This document shows, piece after piece, positions 37,633 to 47,837 of a stretch of DNA of 64,000 bases. The notes below the pieces were generated by a model, which worked only from the letters and a program-made list of their open reading frames with translations, had not been told where the DNA came from and searched no databases. Each line of letters opens with the position of its first letter. The stretch's first letter is position 1. Origin of the DNA: Nitrososphaerales archaeon (GTDB lineage: Archaea > Thermoproteota > Nitrososphaeria > Nitrososphaerales > Gagatemarchaeaceae); contig JBEKTS010000002.1 in assembly GCA_049515775.1 (NCBI GenBank), positions 1 through 64,000 of the forward strand, written 5' to 3'. The translations under genes and the position numbers were made by a program.

Positions 37633-38013
37633 ATGCCCACCCCGCAGGAGGACGCCCTCGAGCAGCGGTTCAAGGCCCTCGTCGTCGCGACCATCCTCGA
37701 CTCGGACCCCGAGGGCGCCCTCGACCTCCTCTGCGAGCACTACAGGGTCGAGCGGCCGAAGCTCGGGGTAGGCGTCGTCAAGGGGAGGTCCAAGGGGGTC
37801 CTGGCCGTCTACTCCGCCAACAGGAAGGAGATACTGGCCGCCAGGCGCGAGTACCTCTACGACCCCTTCACGATACTCCACGAGTTCTACCACCACCTGC
37901 GGCAGTTCGCCGGGGCGCACCGGGGTACGGAGAAGTACGCCGACAGGTTCGCCATCGACTACATCGCGGCCTACCGCGCGCTGGCGGAGCAGAGCTCGCG
38001 CCCGCCCGACTGA
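37633..38013 (+). CDS. Small putative zincin-like protein with HExxH (ILHEFYHHL)
   Basis: 126 aa. HEFYH is the only candidate catalytic motif. Confidence 0.4.
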   Translation: MPTPQEDALEQRFKALVVATILDSDPEGALDLLCEHYRVERPKLGVGVVKGRSKGVLAVYSANRKEILAARREYLYDPFTILHEFYHHLRQFAGAHRGTEKYADRFAIDYIAAYRALAEQSSRPPD

Positions 38014-38037
38014 AGGCGACTCCGGTCGTCCGTCGGC

Positions 38038-38565
38038 CTAGGTGCCCTTGAGGGCGCCCGCGTCGTCCCTGAGCTCGTAGGTCTCCTTGGGCCTGATGAG
38101 CCTGCCGTAGACGTAGCCCAGGAGGACGCCGAAGACGAGGGCCTCGACCAGCCCGGTCCCGACGCCCGAGAGGTAGTACCCGACCCCGTAGGAGAACAGG
38201 TCGCGCAGGCCTATCAGGACGCTCAGCAGAAGCCACAGGCACAGCCCCACGACGACCCCCTTGACGACGGGGGTCCGTCCGGGGATCCTCTCCACGGCCC
38301 AGCCGTAGACGGCGCCGACCACGAGGCCGCCGACAACGCCGAGGACCGCCGCGACCACGGGGGCCGCGACGAGCGCGATGTCGTAGAGCTGGTCGGGGGT
38401 GTACTCGGATGCGACGGTGGAGTTGGCGGGCAGGCTCTTCCCGATCGCCGATACTATGGTGCTCTTGTCCGAGAGCAGCACGTAGTACGACGAGATCGCC
38501 AGGAAGATCCCGTAGACCACGCCGGCGACGAGCCCCGCGACCGCCCCCTTGCCTGCGCTTCCCAT
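38038..38565 (-). CDS. Membrane protein (4 TM)
   Basis: Hydrophobic helices throughout. High GC3. Confidence 0.5.
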   Translation of the reverse strand: MGSAGKGAVAGLVAGVVYGIFLAISSYYVLLSDKSTIVSAIGKSLPANSTVASEYTPDQLYDIALVAAPVVAAVLGVVGGLVVGAVYGWAVERIPGRTPVVKGVVVGLCLWLLLSVLIGLRDLFSYGVGYYLSGVGTGLVEALVFGVLLGYVYGRLIRPKETYELRDDAGALKGT

Positions 38566-38624
38566 GGGGCGCCCGGCGCCCCCCTACGCTAACAAACGTT
38601 TCGCCGAGTCGGCGGGGTGGGCGC

Positions 38625-38999
38625 TCAGCGGGTGGCGGGGGCCTGCGGCCGATCCTGCTGGCCCGCCCCCTGCTCCTGCGACCACCTGATGGCCCACTCG
38701 CCCAGCTGCTTCAGGATCGTGTTCAGCTCCACGCCCTTGGGGGTCAGGGTGTACTCGACCCGGGGAGGGCTCTCTGGGAAGACCCTCCGGGCGACCACCC
38801 CGTGCTTCTCGAGCTCGCCCAGCCTCTCGGCGAGGCTCGTGGCGCTGATCCCCTCGATCCTGCGCTTCAGCTCGTTGAACCGGGCCGGCTCGTGGAGCCC
38901 CAGCGCGTGGATCACCGGTAGAGTCCAGACCTTGGTCATCTCGTTCCACGACGCGTGGATCACCTTGCACGAGTCCAGGACGTTCTGGTTAATCTCCAC
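38625..38999 (-). CDS. HxlR-family winged-helix transcriptional regulator
   Basis: SWNEMTKVWTLPVIHALGLHEPARFNELKRRIEGISATSLAERLGELEKHGVVARRVFPESPPRVEYTLT. Confidence 0.8.
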   Translation of the reverse strand: MEINQNVLDSCKVIHASWNEMTKVWTLPVIHALGLHEPARFNELKRRIEGISATSLAERLGELEKHGVVARRVFPESPPRVEYTLTPKGVELNTILKQLGEWAIRWSQEQGAGQQDRPQAPATR

Positions 39000-39087
39000 G
39001 GATTTGCTCAGGTCAGGATTACCTACTAAGGGGCAACGGACTACTACATATATAAGTACGACCGTGCGAGTTCAACGCGTGAACCCG

Positions 39088-39708
39088 ATGCACGGAGAGC
39101 CGAAGGGGGGAAACCACCCGCGGGACGCGGACGTCTCCCCCCGGGACATGGAAGTCCTCCGCTTCATAGGCGAGGAGGCGCTGCTGGGGTTCACCTTCGA
39201 GGGGCTGAAGAGGAGGCTCGGGGCCCACTCGGAGACGCTGTCGAGGATACTCGACCGGCTCGAGGAGCAGCGGATCCTCGAGAAGACCGAGCACGGGTAC
39301 CGGGTTACCGAGAGAGGCAAGGAGGTCACGAGCCTGCGGCAGCTCGCGGCGTCGGAACCCAGGGTGACGCTACTCAGGACGCTCCTCCCGCACGTCGAGA
39401 ACCCCCGGGAGGCCATCGCGAACCTGCACGGCCGCTGGTTCGGCCCGCTCAGGTGGCTCGGGTACTCCGAGGACGAGAAGGGCACCATCATGAAGTGGAT
39501 CACGGAGGACGGCAGCATACAGGTCGACGCCATCTTCTCGGGCGGGGACCTCACGATAGAGGGGCGGATCAGGGAAGGCAAGGACCTCACCGACGCGATC
39601 AGGGCCTCGCACCAGCTCGTCGGCTACATCTCCCGGGTCTACCCGTCGGCCCCGACCCGTAGGGTCGCCTTCTACTCGACCGACGGCGCGCTCGCGTTGC
39701 CCAACTGA
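39088..39708 (+). CDS. Winged-helix regulator with C-terminal uncharacterised domain
   Basis: MEVLRFIGEEALLGFTFEGLKRRLGAHSETLSRILDRLEEQRILEKTEHGYRVT. A divergent TATA (ctacatatataagtacg) is shared with the HxlR gene. Confidence 0.55.
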   Translation: MHGEPKGGNHPRDADVSPRDMEVLRFIGEEALLGFTFEGLKRRLGAHSETLSRILDRLEEQRILEKTEHGYRVTERGKEVTSLRQLAASEPRVTLLRTLLPHVENPREAIANLHGRWFGPLRWLGYSEDEKGTIMKWITEDGSIQVDAIFSGGDLTIEGRIREGKDLTDAIRASHQLVGYISRVYPSAPTRRVAFYSTDGALALPN

Positions 39709-39792
39709 CCGGTCGGCGCGTGTGACCGGGTTCTCGGAATCCCAGTCAACAAGTACACGCCCGTTCTTCACTCTTTCAGTGACTAGAAACAG

Positions 39793-40731
39793 ATGAGCAA
39801 TACAACAAAGTCGGAATCGGTAGGAATCCTGGAGAGCTTCTCCAGCGCCATCGCACAGGTGGCGGAGAACGCAAGCCCCTCCGTCGTGAGCGTCAGCTCC
39901 GACGGGAGGAACGGCACTGGGATCGTCTGGGACGACCAGGGGCACGTCGTCACGGCCTGCCACGTCGTCCAGGGGCTCGACGAGGTCGAGGTCACCTCGA
40001 GCGAGGGGCGGTCCCTCCGCGCCACGGTCGTCGGCAGTGACCGCGCCTCGGACCTCGCCCTGCTGAAGGTCGAGGGAGGGCCGCTGGGCGCGCCCATCGC
40101 CAGGGGCGATTCTGGCTCGCTCCGCATCGGCCAGTTCGTCCTGGCGCTCGCCAACCCCCACGGGACCAGGGCGAGCGCGACGTCCGGGATCGTCACGGGG
40201 GTGAACCGCAGCATCGGCGGGTGGTGGGGGGTGGGCATCGAGGACGCCGTCGTCACCGACGCCCGTCTGAACCCGGGCTATTCGGGGGGCCCGCTCGTCG
40301 ACGCGTCGGGCAGGATGGTCGCCCTGAACGTCGCCTACGTCTCGTCCAGGGGCATAGCGGTCCCGATCCAGAGGGTCTCGAACACGGTCGAGAGGCTCGC
40401 GTCCGGCAAGGCCGTCGGCCGCGCCTACCTGGGGATCGTCACCAACCCGATACCCATCCCCGAGGACCTGGCGAAGGCCCCTGAGGTCGGTCAGGACTAC
40501 GGCCTGCTCGTCCTCTCGGTCGAGGCCGGGAGCGCGGCGAAGGAGGCGGGCCTCGCGTTCGGCGACGTCCTGCTCTCGCTCGACGGGAGCGCCGTCACCG
40601 GGTTCCGCGACCTCACACGGCAGCTGACCGAGGAGAAGATCGGCAAGACGCTCGGGGTGAAGGTCCTCCGCGGGGGCAGGGCCGAGGCGCTCTCGGTCAC
40701 CCCCCGACAGGCGCCGGCGGAGAGCGACTGA
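39793..40731 (+). CDS. HtrA-like serine protease with PDZ domain
   Basis: TACHVV, DLALLKV, GYSGGPLVD. C-terminal PDZ (YLGIV...GLAFGDVLLSLDG). Confidence 0.85.
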   Translation: MSNTTKSESVGILESFSSAIAQVAENASPSVVSVSSDGRNGTGIVWDDQGHVVTACHVVQGLDEVEVTSSEGRSLRATVVGSDRASDLALLKVEGGPLGAPIARGDSGSLRIGQFVLALANPHGTRASATSGIVTGVNRSIGGWWGVGIEDAVVTDARLNPGYSGGPLVDASGRMVALNVAYVSSRGIAVPIQRVSNTVERLASGKAVGRAYLGIVTNPIPIPEDLAKAPEVGQDYGLLVLSVEAGSAAKEAGLAFGDVLLSLDGSAVTGFRDLTRQLTEEKIGKTLGVKVLRGGRAEALSVTPRQAPAESD

Positions 40732-40826
40732 GATGGCGCCCTACGCCGCAGACCCCCGGGGACCGGCCCCGGGCCCATCCATCCCTGAACCCGGGCCGCC
40801 GGTGCGGCCCCCCTGGTGATAGCGAC

Positions 40827-41789
40827 ATGCCACTTACCGCTCTGGAGAGCCAGGTCACGGGCGCGATCGAGAAGCTCAGCGAGAGCGTCGTGGGGATAGA
40901 CAGCACGAAGCTCACGCGCGACAACCGCTTCGGGCTCGTCCCGATCGAGGGGCAGGGGTCGGGCGTGATCATCGACCCGCAGGGGACGATCGTCACCAAC
41001 CACCACGTCATAGACGACGCCTCCAAGGTCCAGGTCCACCTCAAGGACGGCAGATCGCTGGTGGGCCAGGTGGTCGGCTCGGACCCGGCGACCGACGTCG
41101 CGCTCATCAAGGTGAACGCCGACGGCCTCCCCTTCGCGGAGCTGGGCGACTCGGAGTCGCTCAGGGTCGGCCAGTTCGTCCTGGCCATAGGCAACGCGCT
41201 GGGCCTCCCGGGGGCTCCGACCGTGTCCATGGGCGTCATAAGCGCCCTGGGGCGGCCTCTCCCGGGCTCGGACTTTGTGCTCGAGGGGCTGGTGCAGACC
41301 GACGCGGCCATCAACCCGGGCAACAGCGGCGGCCCGCTCGCCGACCTCGAGGGTAGGGTCATCGGCCTGAACACCGCGATGATCCCCTTCGCGCAGGGTG
41401 TGGGCTTCGCGATCCCGTCCGACACCGTCAAGAGGGTCATCGACCAGATCTCGAAGCACGGCAGGGTGGTGAGGCCCTGGCTCGGCATCTCCGGCATGGA
41501 CGTCAACCCGTCGATAGCCCGGCGCTACGGGCTCTCGGTCGAGGCGGGCGTGCTGCTGGCAGAGGTGATGAGGGAGAGCCCCGCGTACGCCGCGGGCCTC
41601 CGCGAGGGGGACATCATCGTCGGCATCGGCGAGAGCAGGGTCGAGCAGATGAAGGGGCTCGTGACCGCCCTCTCCAGGTCCGCGATAGGGGAGAAGGTGA
41701 CCGTGAGCTTCGTCAGGACCGGGACGACCTACGAGGCGGAGATCCGTCTGGCCGAGACGCCGGTGCCCGTCCTCACGCGGCGCCGCTGA
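40827..41789 (+). CDS. HtrA-like serine protease with PDZ domain (tandem paralog)
   Basis: TNHHVI, DVALIKV, GNSGGPLAD. PDZ (WLGISGMDV...GLREGDIIVGIG). Confidence 0.85.
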   Translation: MPLTALESQVTGAIEKLSESVVGIDSTKLTRDNRFGLVPIEGQGSGVIIDPQGTIVTNHHVIDDASKVQVHLKDGRSLVGQVVGSDPATDVALIKVNADGLPFAELGDSESLRVGQFVLAIGNALGLPGAPTVSMGVISALGRPLPGSDFVLEGLVQTDAAINPGNSGGPLADLEGRVIGLNTAMIPFAQGVGFAIPSDTVKRVIDQISKHGRVVRPWLGISGMDVNPSIARRYGLSVEAGVLLAEVMRESPAYAAGLREGDIIVGIGESRVEQMKGLVTALSRSAIGEKVTVSFVRTGTTYEAEIRLAETPVPVLTRRR

Positions 41790-41862
41790 GACCCGGCGGG
41801 CCGCCCCCGCACCATCGGGGCTCGGACGCGATCCGGGTCCCGATCTCTTCTTCGCTTCCTTC

Positions 41863-42090
41863 TCAGGCCTGACCCGGCCGCGCTCGCTGCCTCCTCGACA
41901 GCAGGATGCCAGCCGCCAGCGTCAGGACGCCTATCGCCAGCGTCGCGACCCCCTGGTACACCCAGGCCTGGTTGTTGAACATGAACGACGACCCGGGGCC
42001 GACCATCCCCATCCCCTGCAGCGTGAAGACCAGACCGGCGAGCGCGAGGAGTACGCCGACCAGGGACAGGAGCAGCGGGATGGGCCTCAA
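41863..42090 (-). CDS. Small 2-TM membrane protein
   Basis: 75 aa with two hydrophobic helices. Confidence 0.35.
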   Translation of the reverse strand: MRPIPLLLSLVGVLLALAGLVFTLQGMGMVGPGSSFMFNNQAWVYQGVATLAIGVLTLAAGILLSRRQRARPGQA

Positions 42091-42157
42091 CGACGAGCGG
42101 TCGGGCGCGCTACCGGTAGATTAGCGTTCTCCCAAGAGGCTGGACCGCCTTACCGCG

Positions 42158-43348
42158 TCATGACCGCCGGCTGTCGTCGTCGCCCTCCTCCTCCTCCTTC
42201 TCGGCTTCGGCCTCCCCTCCGCCGCTGAGCAGGGCGCCGTACCTCTCCTCGAACGCCGCCTCGTCCAGGGGGTGGACCCTGGCGATCTCGAGGTTCTCCC
42301 TCACGTGCGCCGGGTCCTTCTGCCCGACCAGGGGCGCGACCACGGCGGGGTGCGCCGACCGGGCGAACTGGAGGAGGGAGAGCGCCCTCGACCCTCCGAG
42401 CTCCGGGACCTTCGGGTGCCTCAGCAGCCGGCCCTCGCCCAGCGGGGCGCTCGTGAAGACCCCCAGCCCGAGCCTCTGGGCCGCCTCGAACGCGGTGAGC
42501 GGCTCGTCGGCTATCCTCTGGGTCTTCGCCGTGAGGGCCTCGCTCATCCCCGGGTTGAACGGCAGCTGGATGAATCGGAAGCCGTGGTCGTCCCCCCCGA
42601 CGTTCTTGGCTACCTCGACCAGGTCGTCGAGGCTCGCGTACTCCGGCTCTCCGCGGGGGACCCGGAAGCAGCTCCAGGAGGCGACGCCGTACCACCTCAG
42701 CCTCCCGGCGGACCTCTCCCTCTCGTAGAGCGCGAAGGCGTCGGCGACGCGCTCCAGGAACCTCCTGTAGCCTATCTCGGCCATCCAGGACTCGGCGGCG
42801 TTGTGGAGGTAGACCAGGTCCAGGCACCCCAGGCCGAGGTTCCTCAGGCTGCGCCCGATCTGGTCCTGGAGGAACCGCGGGGCCATCGAGTGGACCTCGC
42901 CCGCTATCTCGTCGACCTTCAGCCTCCCCGGCCTGACGTACTCCTCCTGGACGTACCTCCAAAAGTCCCTGGGCTGGTCCCCGTCGGAGGTGAGGTAGCC
43001 GTTCTTCGTGGCTATGAAGAGCTCCTCCCTCCCGATCGACCCCTCGCCGGCCAGGCGGTCGAGCGCGCGGCCTATCGACCGCTCGGCCTTCTGCATCCTG
43101 TAGTTTATCGCGGTGTCGACGACGTTGACCGCGCCGGAGGAGACCGACTCGTAGACCGCCTCCTCGACCAGGCGGTCGGTCGCCGAGTCCGCCTCGCCCA
43201 GGTATGTCCCGAGCCCCAGCGAAGAGAGGGAGAGGGCCCGGAGGGCCCGGAAGTGGTCCGGGGCCGCGCCCTTCCCGAGCGCCATCTCCCTGTACCTGCC
43301 GGTCCCCTCGGCCGTCGCGAACCCGGTTTGCAAGCGCAACCCCCGCAT
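42158..43348 (-). CDS. Aldo/keto reductase family oxidoreductase
   Basis: AKR TIM-barrel pattern (LGLGTYLG, VDTAINY, DLVYLHN). Acidic tail. Start at MRGLRLQ (43348); the track start 43456 is an alternative. Confidence 0.8.
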   Translation of the reverse strand: MRGLRLQTGFATAEGTGRYREMALGKGAAPDHFRALRALSLSSLGLGTYLGEADSATDRLVEEAVYESVSSGAVNVVDTAINYRMQKAERSIGRALDRLAGEGSIGREELFIATKNGYLTSDGDQPRDFWRYVQEEYVRPGRLKVDEIAGEVHSMAPRFLQDQIGRSLRNLGLGCLDLVYLHNAAESWMAEIGYRRFLERVADAFALYERERSAGRLRWYGVASWSCFRVPRGEPEYASLDDLVEVAKNVGGDDHGFRFIQLPFNPGMSEALTAKTQRIADEPLTAFEAAQRLGLGVFTSAPLGEGRLLRHPKVPELGGSRALSLLQFARSAHPAVVAPLVGQKDPAHVRENLEIARVHPLDEAAFEERYGALLSGGGEAEAEKEEEEGDDDSRRS

Positions 43349-43440
43349 CCCGGGCCGCCCTCGCCAATTAGAATGCTCCGCCGGTTCGACGTTAAATATG
43401 CGGCCGCGCACACGCCGGCCGATTGAAGTCAGCAGATTCC

Positions 43441-44670
43441 ATGCCGGGGTACGCATCGCGCAGGATGGGGCTCTTCGCCGAGTCGGCGATCCGGGACATG
43501 TCGCAGCTCGCCCAGGCGACGGGCGCGGTCAACCTCGCCCAGGGGTCCCCGGACTTCCCCGCGCCGGCCACGGTCAAGCGGGCGGCCGCCGCGGCGATAA
43601 GGGAGGACCACAACCAGTACGAGATGACGATGGGGTCGAGGGAGCTGCGGGAGGCGATCGCGGCGAAGGCCCGGAGGTTCAACGGCATCACCGCCGACCC
43701 GGACGAGGAGGTGACCGTGACCTGCGGGTCCACGGAGGCGATCACGGCCGCGATGATCGCCTTCACCGACCCCGGGGACGGGGTGATAGTGCCCGAGCCG
43801 TTCTACGAGAGCTACGTCCCGGCCACGGTCCTGGCGGGCGCGAGGGCCGTCCACCTCAGGCTCCACGAGCCCGGCTTCGGGCTCGACGAAGAGGCCCTGA
43901 AGGAGGCGTTCGATCAGAGGCCGAAGGTCATCCTGCTGAACACCCCGAACAACCCGTCCGGGAGGGTCCTCTCCGAGAGGGAGCTCCGCCTCGTCGGGGA
44001 CCTGTGCAGGGACCGCGGCGTCGTCGCCATCACCGACGAGATATACGAGCAGATAATCTACGACGGGAACCGTCACGTGAGCCTCGCCTCCCTTGGGGGC
44101 ATGCGCGAGAGGACCGTGACGGTCTCGGGGCTCTCGAAGACCTTCAGCGTGACGGGGTGGCGCCTGGGCTACGCGGTCGCCGAGAAGAGCCTCACCTCGG
44201 CGCTGAGGACCGTGCACGACTACCTGACCGTCTGCGCACCCACGCCGCTCCAGCGAGCCGCGGTCGCCGCCTTCGACCTGCCCGCGTCCTACTATCGCGA
44301 CCTCGCGGCATCCTACGACAGGAAGAGGCTCTTCCTGCTCGAGTCGCTCGAGGCGCTGGGCTTCTCCTGCTTCAGGCCGGAGGGCGCCTACTACGTCTTC
44401 GCCGACTTCGGGGACATCAGCCCGCTCGACGACTACGAGTTCGCCAAGTGGCTCGCCGTCGACGTGGGCGTCGCGGCGGTCCCGGGGTCGAGCTTCTACT
44501 CGAACCGGGGGGCGGGGAGGACCAAGCTCCGCTTCACCTTCACCAAGAGGGACGAGACCCTCGAGGAGGCGGTCCGCAGGATGAAGGAGGGCCTCCGGCC
44601 CGGGCGCCCTGGCGGCCGGGGCGGCGGGCGGACCCCTAGGCGGCCTCGACGTACTTCCCGGGGTTCATGA
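43441..44670 (+). CDS. Pyridoxal-phosphate-dependent aminotransferase class I/II (aspartate aminotransferase-like)
   Basis: NLAQGSPDFPAP, TCGSTEAI, NTPNNPSGRV, SGLSKTFSVTGWRLGY (PLP lysine). A TATA-like cgttaaatatgcgg lies upstream. Confidence 0.85.
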   Translation: MPGYASRRMGLFAESAIRDMSQLAQATGAVNLAQGSPDFPAPATVKRAAAAAIREDHNQYEMTMGSRELREAIAAKARRFNGITADPDEEVTVTCGSTEAITAAMIAFTDPGDGVIVPEPFYESYVPATVLAGARAVHLRLHEPGFGLDEEALKEAFDQRPKVILLNTPNNPSGRVLSERELRLVGDLCRDRGVVAITDEIYEQIIYDGNRHVSLASLGGMRERTVTVSGLSKTFSVTGWRLGYAVAEKSLTSALRTVHDYLTVCAPTPLQRAAVAAFDLPASYYRDLAASYDRKRLFLLESLEALGFSCFRPEGAYYVFADFGDISPLDDYEFAKWLAVDVGVAAVPGSSFYSNRGAGRTKLRFTFTKRDETLEEAVRRMKEGLRPGRPGGRGGGRTPRRPRRTSRGS

Positions 44671-46078
44671 TGCCGTCCGGGTCGAAGACCTTCTTGATCT
44701 CCTTCATCAGCCTGAGCGCCTCGCCGCCCTCGTGGGCCAGTAGCTGCTCGCGCAGGAACTTGGTCTTCTGGACCCCGATCCCGTGCTCGGCCGTGACCGA
44801 GCCTCCCATCGCTATCGCTCGGGCGCACAGCTCCTCGTAGGCGAGGTGGGCCGCCGCCCTGGACCGTTCGTCGGCCTTCTCGTAGAGTATCGTCGGGTGC
44901 ACGTTCCCGTCCCCGGCGTGGCCGTTGACGGGGATCCTGAGCCCGTGCCTCGAGGCGACGTCCTTGACGAACGTGAGGTACTCCGAGAGCCTGTCGATGG
45001 GCAGCGAGACGTCCTCGATCATCACCCCCGTGGCGAGGGTCTTGACGGCGAGGTAGGCCATCGACCTGGCCTGGTAGAAGGCCTCCGCCTCTTCCTTGTC
45101 CTTGGCCAGGGTCACCCTGCTGGCGCCGCACCCCTTGAATATCTCCGTAGCCAGCTCCACCTCTCCCTCCTCCACGTCGACGAGCAGCGTCGCCTCCGCC
45201 TCCTCGAGGCTCATCTCGAGCTTCTCGTTCAGCGCCTGGATGTTGTTGCGGTCCAGGAACTCGAAGAGGTAGGGGAGGATCTTCGACCTCCGGAGCCTCC
45301 TGATCACCTCGCCGGTCGACTCCCAGTCGTTGAAGGTCACGAGGAACCTCCTGGTCCTGGCCTTCTCGAGGGGGATTATCCTCAGGAACGCCTCGGTGAT
45401 GACCCCCAGGGTCCCCTCGCTGCCGACCATAAGGTGGACGAGGTCGTACCCGGCCCGGTTCTTGGCCAGGGGCTCGCCCATGCGAGTCACCTTCCCGTTC
45501 GGGAGCACGACGCGCAGGGCGACGACCCAGTCCTTCATCGTGCCGTACTTGACGCAGGTGAGCCCGCCCGACCCCTCCGCGATCGCGCCCCCCACCGTGC
45601 AGATGTACGCGCTGGCGGGGTCTGGAGGGAAGAAGAAGCCCGAGGGCTCGAGCTCCTTGTTGAGGTCCTCGAGGGATATCCCTGGCTGCACCTGGACGTA
45701 CCAGTTCACCGTGTCGACCTTGATCACCCTGTTCATCCCGCGCATGTCGAGCACGATGGCGCCGGCCAGGACGACCGCGCCCGTCAGGCTGCTGCCCGCC
45801 CCCCTGGGCACGACCGGGAGCCTCGACTCACCGGCGAGCCCGACTATCCTGGCGACCTCCTCCTCGGTCCTGGGGCGGACCACGACCGCGGGCCTCGCCT
45901 CGTAGTCCGCCATGTCGTGGCCGTAGTCCTCCATGGCCGCACCCGCGGTGATGACGTTCTCCTCCCCGCTTATCTCGACGAGCCGCTGGAGCAACCGGCC
46001 CTCTAGCGCCTTCTGCATGTCCGGCGGCCCAAGTCCGCTGCTTAAAATCTCCATTGCCGGCGGGAAGCGAGACGCCAC
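44636..46078 (-). CDS. FAD-linked oxidase (GlcD / D-lactate dehydrogenase family)
   Basis: FAD-binding PCMH domain (VVPRGAGSSLTGAVV) and C-terminal FAD-oxidase_C domain. Convergent overlap of about 35 nt with the aminotransferase. Confidence 0.85.
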   Translation of the reverse strand: MASRFPPAMEILSSGLGPPDMQKALEGRLLQRLVEISGEENVITAGAAMEDYGHDMADYEARPAVVVRPRTEEEVARIVGLAGESRLPVVPRGAGSSLTGAVVLAGAIVLDMRGMNRVIKVDTVNWYVQVQPGISLEDLNKELEPSGFFFPPDPASAYICTVGGAIAEGSGGLTCVKYGTMKDWVVALRVVLPNGKVTRMGEPLAKNRAGYDLVHLMVGSEGTLGVITEAFLRIIPLEKARTRRFLVTFNDWESTGEVIRRLRRSKILPYLFEFLDRNNIQALNEKLEMSLEEAEATLLVDVEEGEVELATEIFKGCGASRVTLAKDKEEAEAFYQARSMAYLAVKTLATGVMIEDVSLPIDRLSEYLTFVKDVASRHGLRIPVNGHAGDGNVHPTILYEKADERSRAAAHLAYEELCARAIAMGGSVTAEHGIGVQKTKFLREQLLAHEGGEALRLMKEIKKVFDPDGIMNPGKYVEAA

Positions 46079-46164
46079 GGTCCGTCTTCCTCCGCGGCTG
46101 CGGCCTCCGATCGTCCCCAGGGTCGAGGCCGCCTCAGGGCGCCCGCGTCCTCCGGGCGGGCCGG

Positions 46165-46836
46165 TCAGGTCGAGAGGAGCGCGGCGAGCTGGTCGAAGTA
46201 CGGGGGTATCGCGTGGTAGGACTCCGTGACCCCGACGTACCCGCAGACGGTCGCCGCCTGGCCGAGGAACTGGGTGTCCAGCGCCGGCGCGTCGTGGACC
46301 AGCATCCCGAAGCTCGAGGGGCTGCTCCCGTACCAGCCGTAGGGGTCGAGCCTGGAGAGGGACGGCGGGAAGCCGCCGTGCTCGTAGATCACCGCCACGT
46401 CCACGGTCCCGAAGTAGGACCTGGGGATCGCCGCCCCGGGGTTGCCCAGCACGAGGGTGAACCCGCGCGACTTGGCATAGGCCGTGATCGCCGCGTAGTA
46501 GGGCTCGAACCCCGGCTTGTTCGCCATGTTGTCGACGAAGAGCGACGTGATCTCGGGGTGGAGCTCGGACCAGGAGAGGACGTCGGCCTCGACCTCGGAC
46601 TGCGTTCGGGTCCCGTACTTGGTGTAGACGTACCCGGCCATCGGGACGCCCGCCGACCTGAGGCTCCCTATGGCCGAGGTGTAGTTCTGGTCGACCTTGG
46701 TCCCGGGCCCGTTCGAGGGGTTGACGACCATCAGCATCTTCAGCGTCGGGTACTTCTTCGATGCCTCTATGACGGGGAGCCAGGGCGCGCCCCCGCTGGC
46801 CGGATAGATGTAGAGCGGGAAGAGTAGGACCGTCAT
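46165..46836 (-). CDS. Spherulation-specific family 4 (spherulin-4-like) protein
   Basis: LYIYPASGGAPWLPV...MLMVVNPSNGPG...AGYVYTKYGTRT...IYEHGGFP. Confidence 0.55.
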   Translation of the reverse strand: MTVLLFPLYIYPASGGAPWLPVIEASKKYPTLKMLMVVNPSNGPGTKVDQNYTSAIGSLRSAGVPMAGYVYTKYGTRTQSEVEADVLSWSELHPEITSLFVDNMANKPGFEPYYAAITAYAKSRGFTLVLGNPGAAIPRSYFGTVDVAVIYEHGGFPPSLSRLDPYGWYGSSPSSFGMLVHDAPALDTQFLGQAATVCGYVGVTESYHAIPPYFDQLAALLST

Positions 46837-47134
46837 CGTCTCGCTCAGGCGGCCTCCCTCTACATAAGGGTTGGAGGTGCCGGCAGGACTCGAGCCCGCG
46901 GCTCGATCTCGCGCCGACGCCCCGGGATGATCCAAACGTGGACCCTCGGTCGGAACGCCGTCACGATGCCTCCCGGCGTCGCCGTCGCCGGGGGCGCCGT
47001 CCGAGGAGCTGAAACCCATCGGGATGAGGTCGTTCGCACCAGGCGGCTTCAGGATGGTCCTCGCCGGTCAGTGAAGTCAGCATGGGCCGCCGGGTCGCCG
47101 CAATGGCAGCGGCTCGGTGGTTTCGGCGAACCCG

Positions 47135-47647
47135 TCAGTCCGTTGACGCTTCCCGGCTCTTCATCTGGCCGCGCACGTCCTCCGCCAGCCACTCGAAGTT
47201 CCTCCAGGCGTTCACCTTGAGGCCGTACCTCTCCATCAGGTGCTTGGAGAGGGGCGAGAACGCCTCCCAATCGAAGACGACCAGATACTGGAGGGCGTTC
47301 CTCACGATCGAGATCTCGAGCAGGCCCTCTCTCGTGAGCTGGCCGATGAGCTCGTACGTGTAGGCGAAGTTGCGGGCCTCGAAGTCCTCGAGACTGTCGT
47401 CGAAGCCTTCCCAGCCGACGGCGGCGTACTTCTTGACGGTGTCGTGCATCGCCTTCCGTCGCCTCGCGAAGCTCTCGTCGGTTATCTTCTCAAGGAGCGC
47501 GATCGACGCATTCGACCTGTTCTCCTGGTTCGCCACCCGGATCAGGCTGGCGTTCTGCCTGAGCTGGAACACTATGAAGAACGCGCCCGAGATGACCGCT
47601 ATCGAGCTGATGGCGCTCAACCCCTCCACCAGAGACGTAAAGTCCAA
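47135..47647 (-). CDS. Membrane-anchored hypothetical protein
   Basis: TTG 47647 (or GTG 47629) start. The longer track ORF would run through the tRNA-Arg gene. One N-terminal TM (LSAISSIAVISGAFFIVF) followed by a soluble domain. Confidence 0.4.
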   Translation of the reverse strand: MDFTSLVEGLSAISSIAVISGAFFIVFQLRQNASLIRVANQENRSNASIALLEKITDESFARRRKAMHDTVKKYAAVGWEGFDDSLEDFEARNFAYTYELIGQLTREGLLEISIVRNALQYLVVFDWEAFSPLSKHLMERYGLKVNAWRNFEWLAEDVRGQMKSREASTD

Positions 47648-47837
47648 TCGGCGATTCTCGAGCGGAGGGATTGATAAGCGCCACGTCTCGGACGGTCCGA
47701 AGTCTTGCGACCGTGGAGGCGGCGTCCGCGTGGCGGGCGGCTCTCTGGAGCGAAGATCACCGATCTCTCGGTCGTCCCGTCTGTGCGGTTGAGCCCATCG
47801 GATTTCAGCGGAGCCACGAAGGATTGGGCTCGAACGG

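Noticed and set aside
42272-43426. 384-aa plus-strand ORF antisense to the aldo/keto reductase
   Set aside because: No motifs. The minus frame is a clear AKR.
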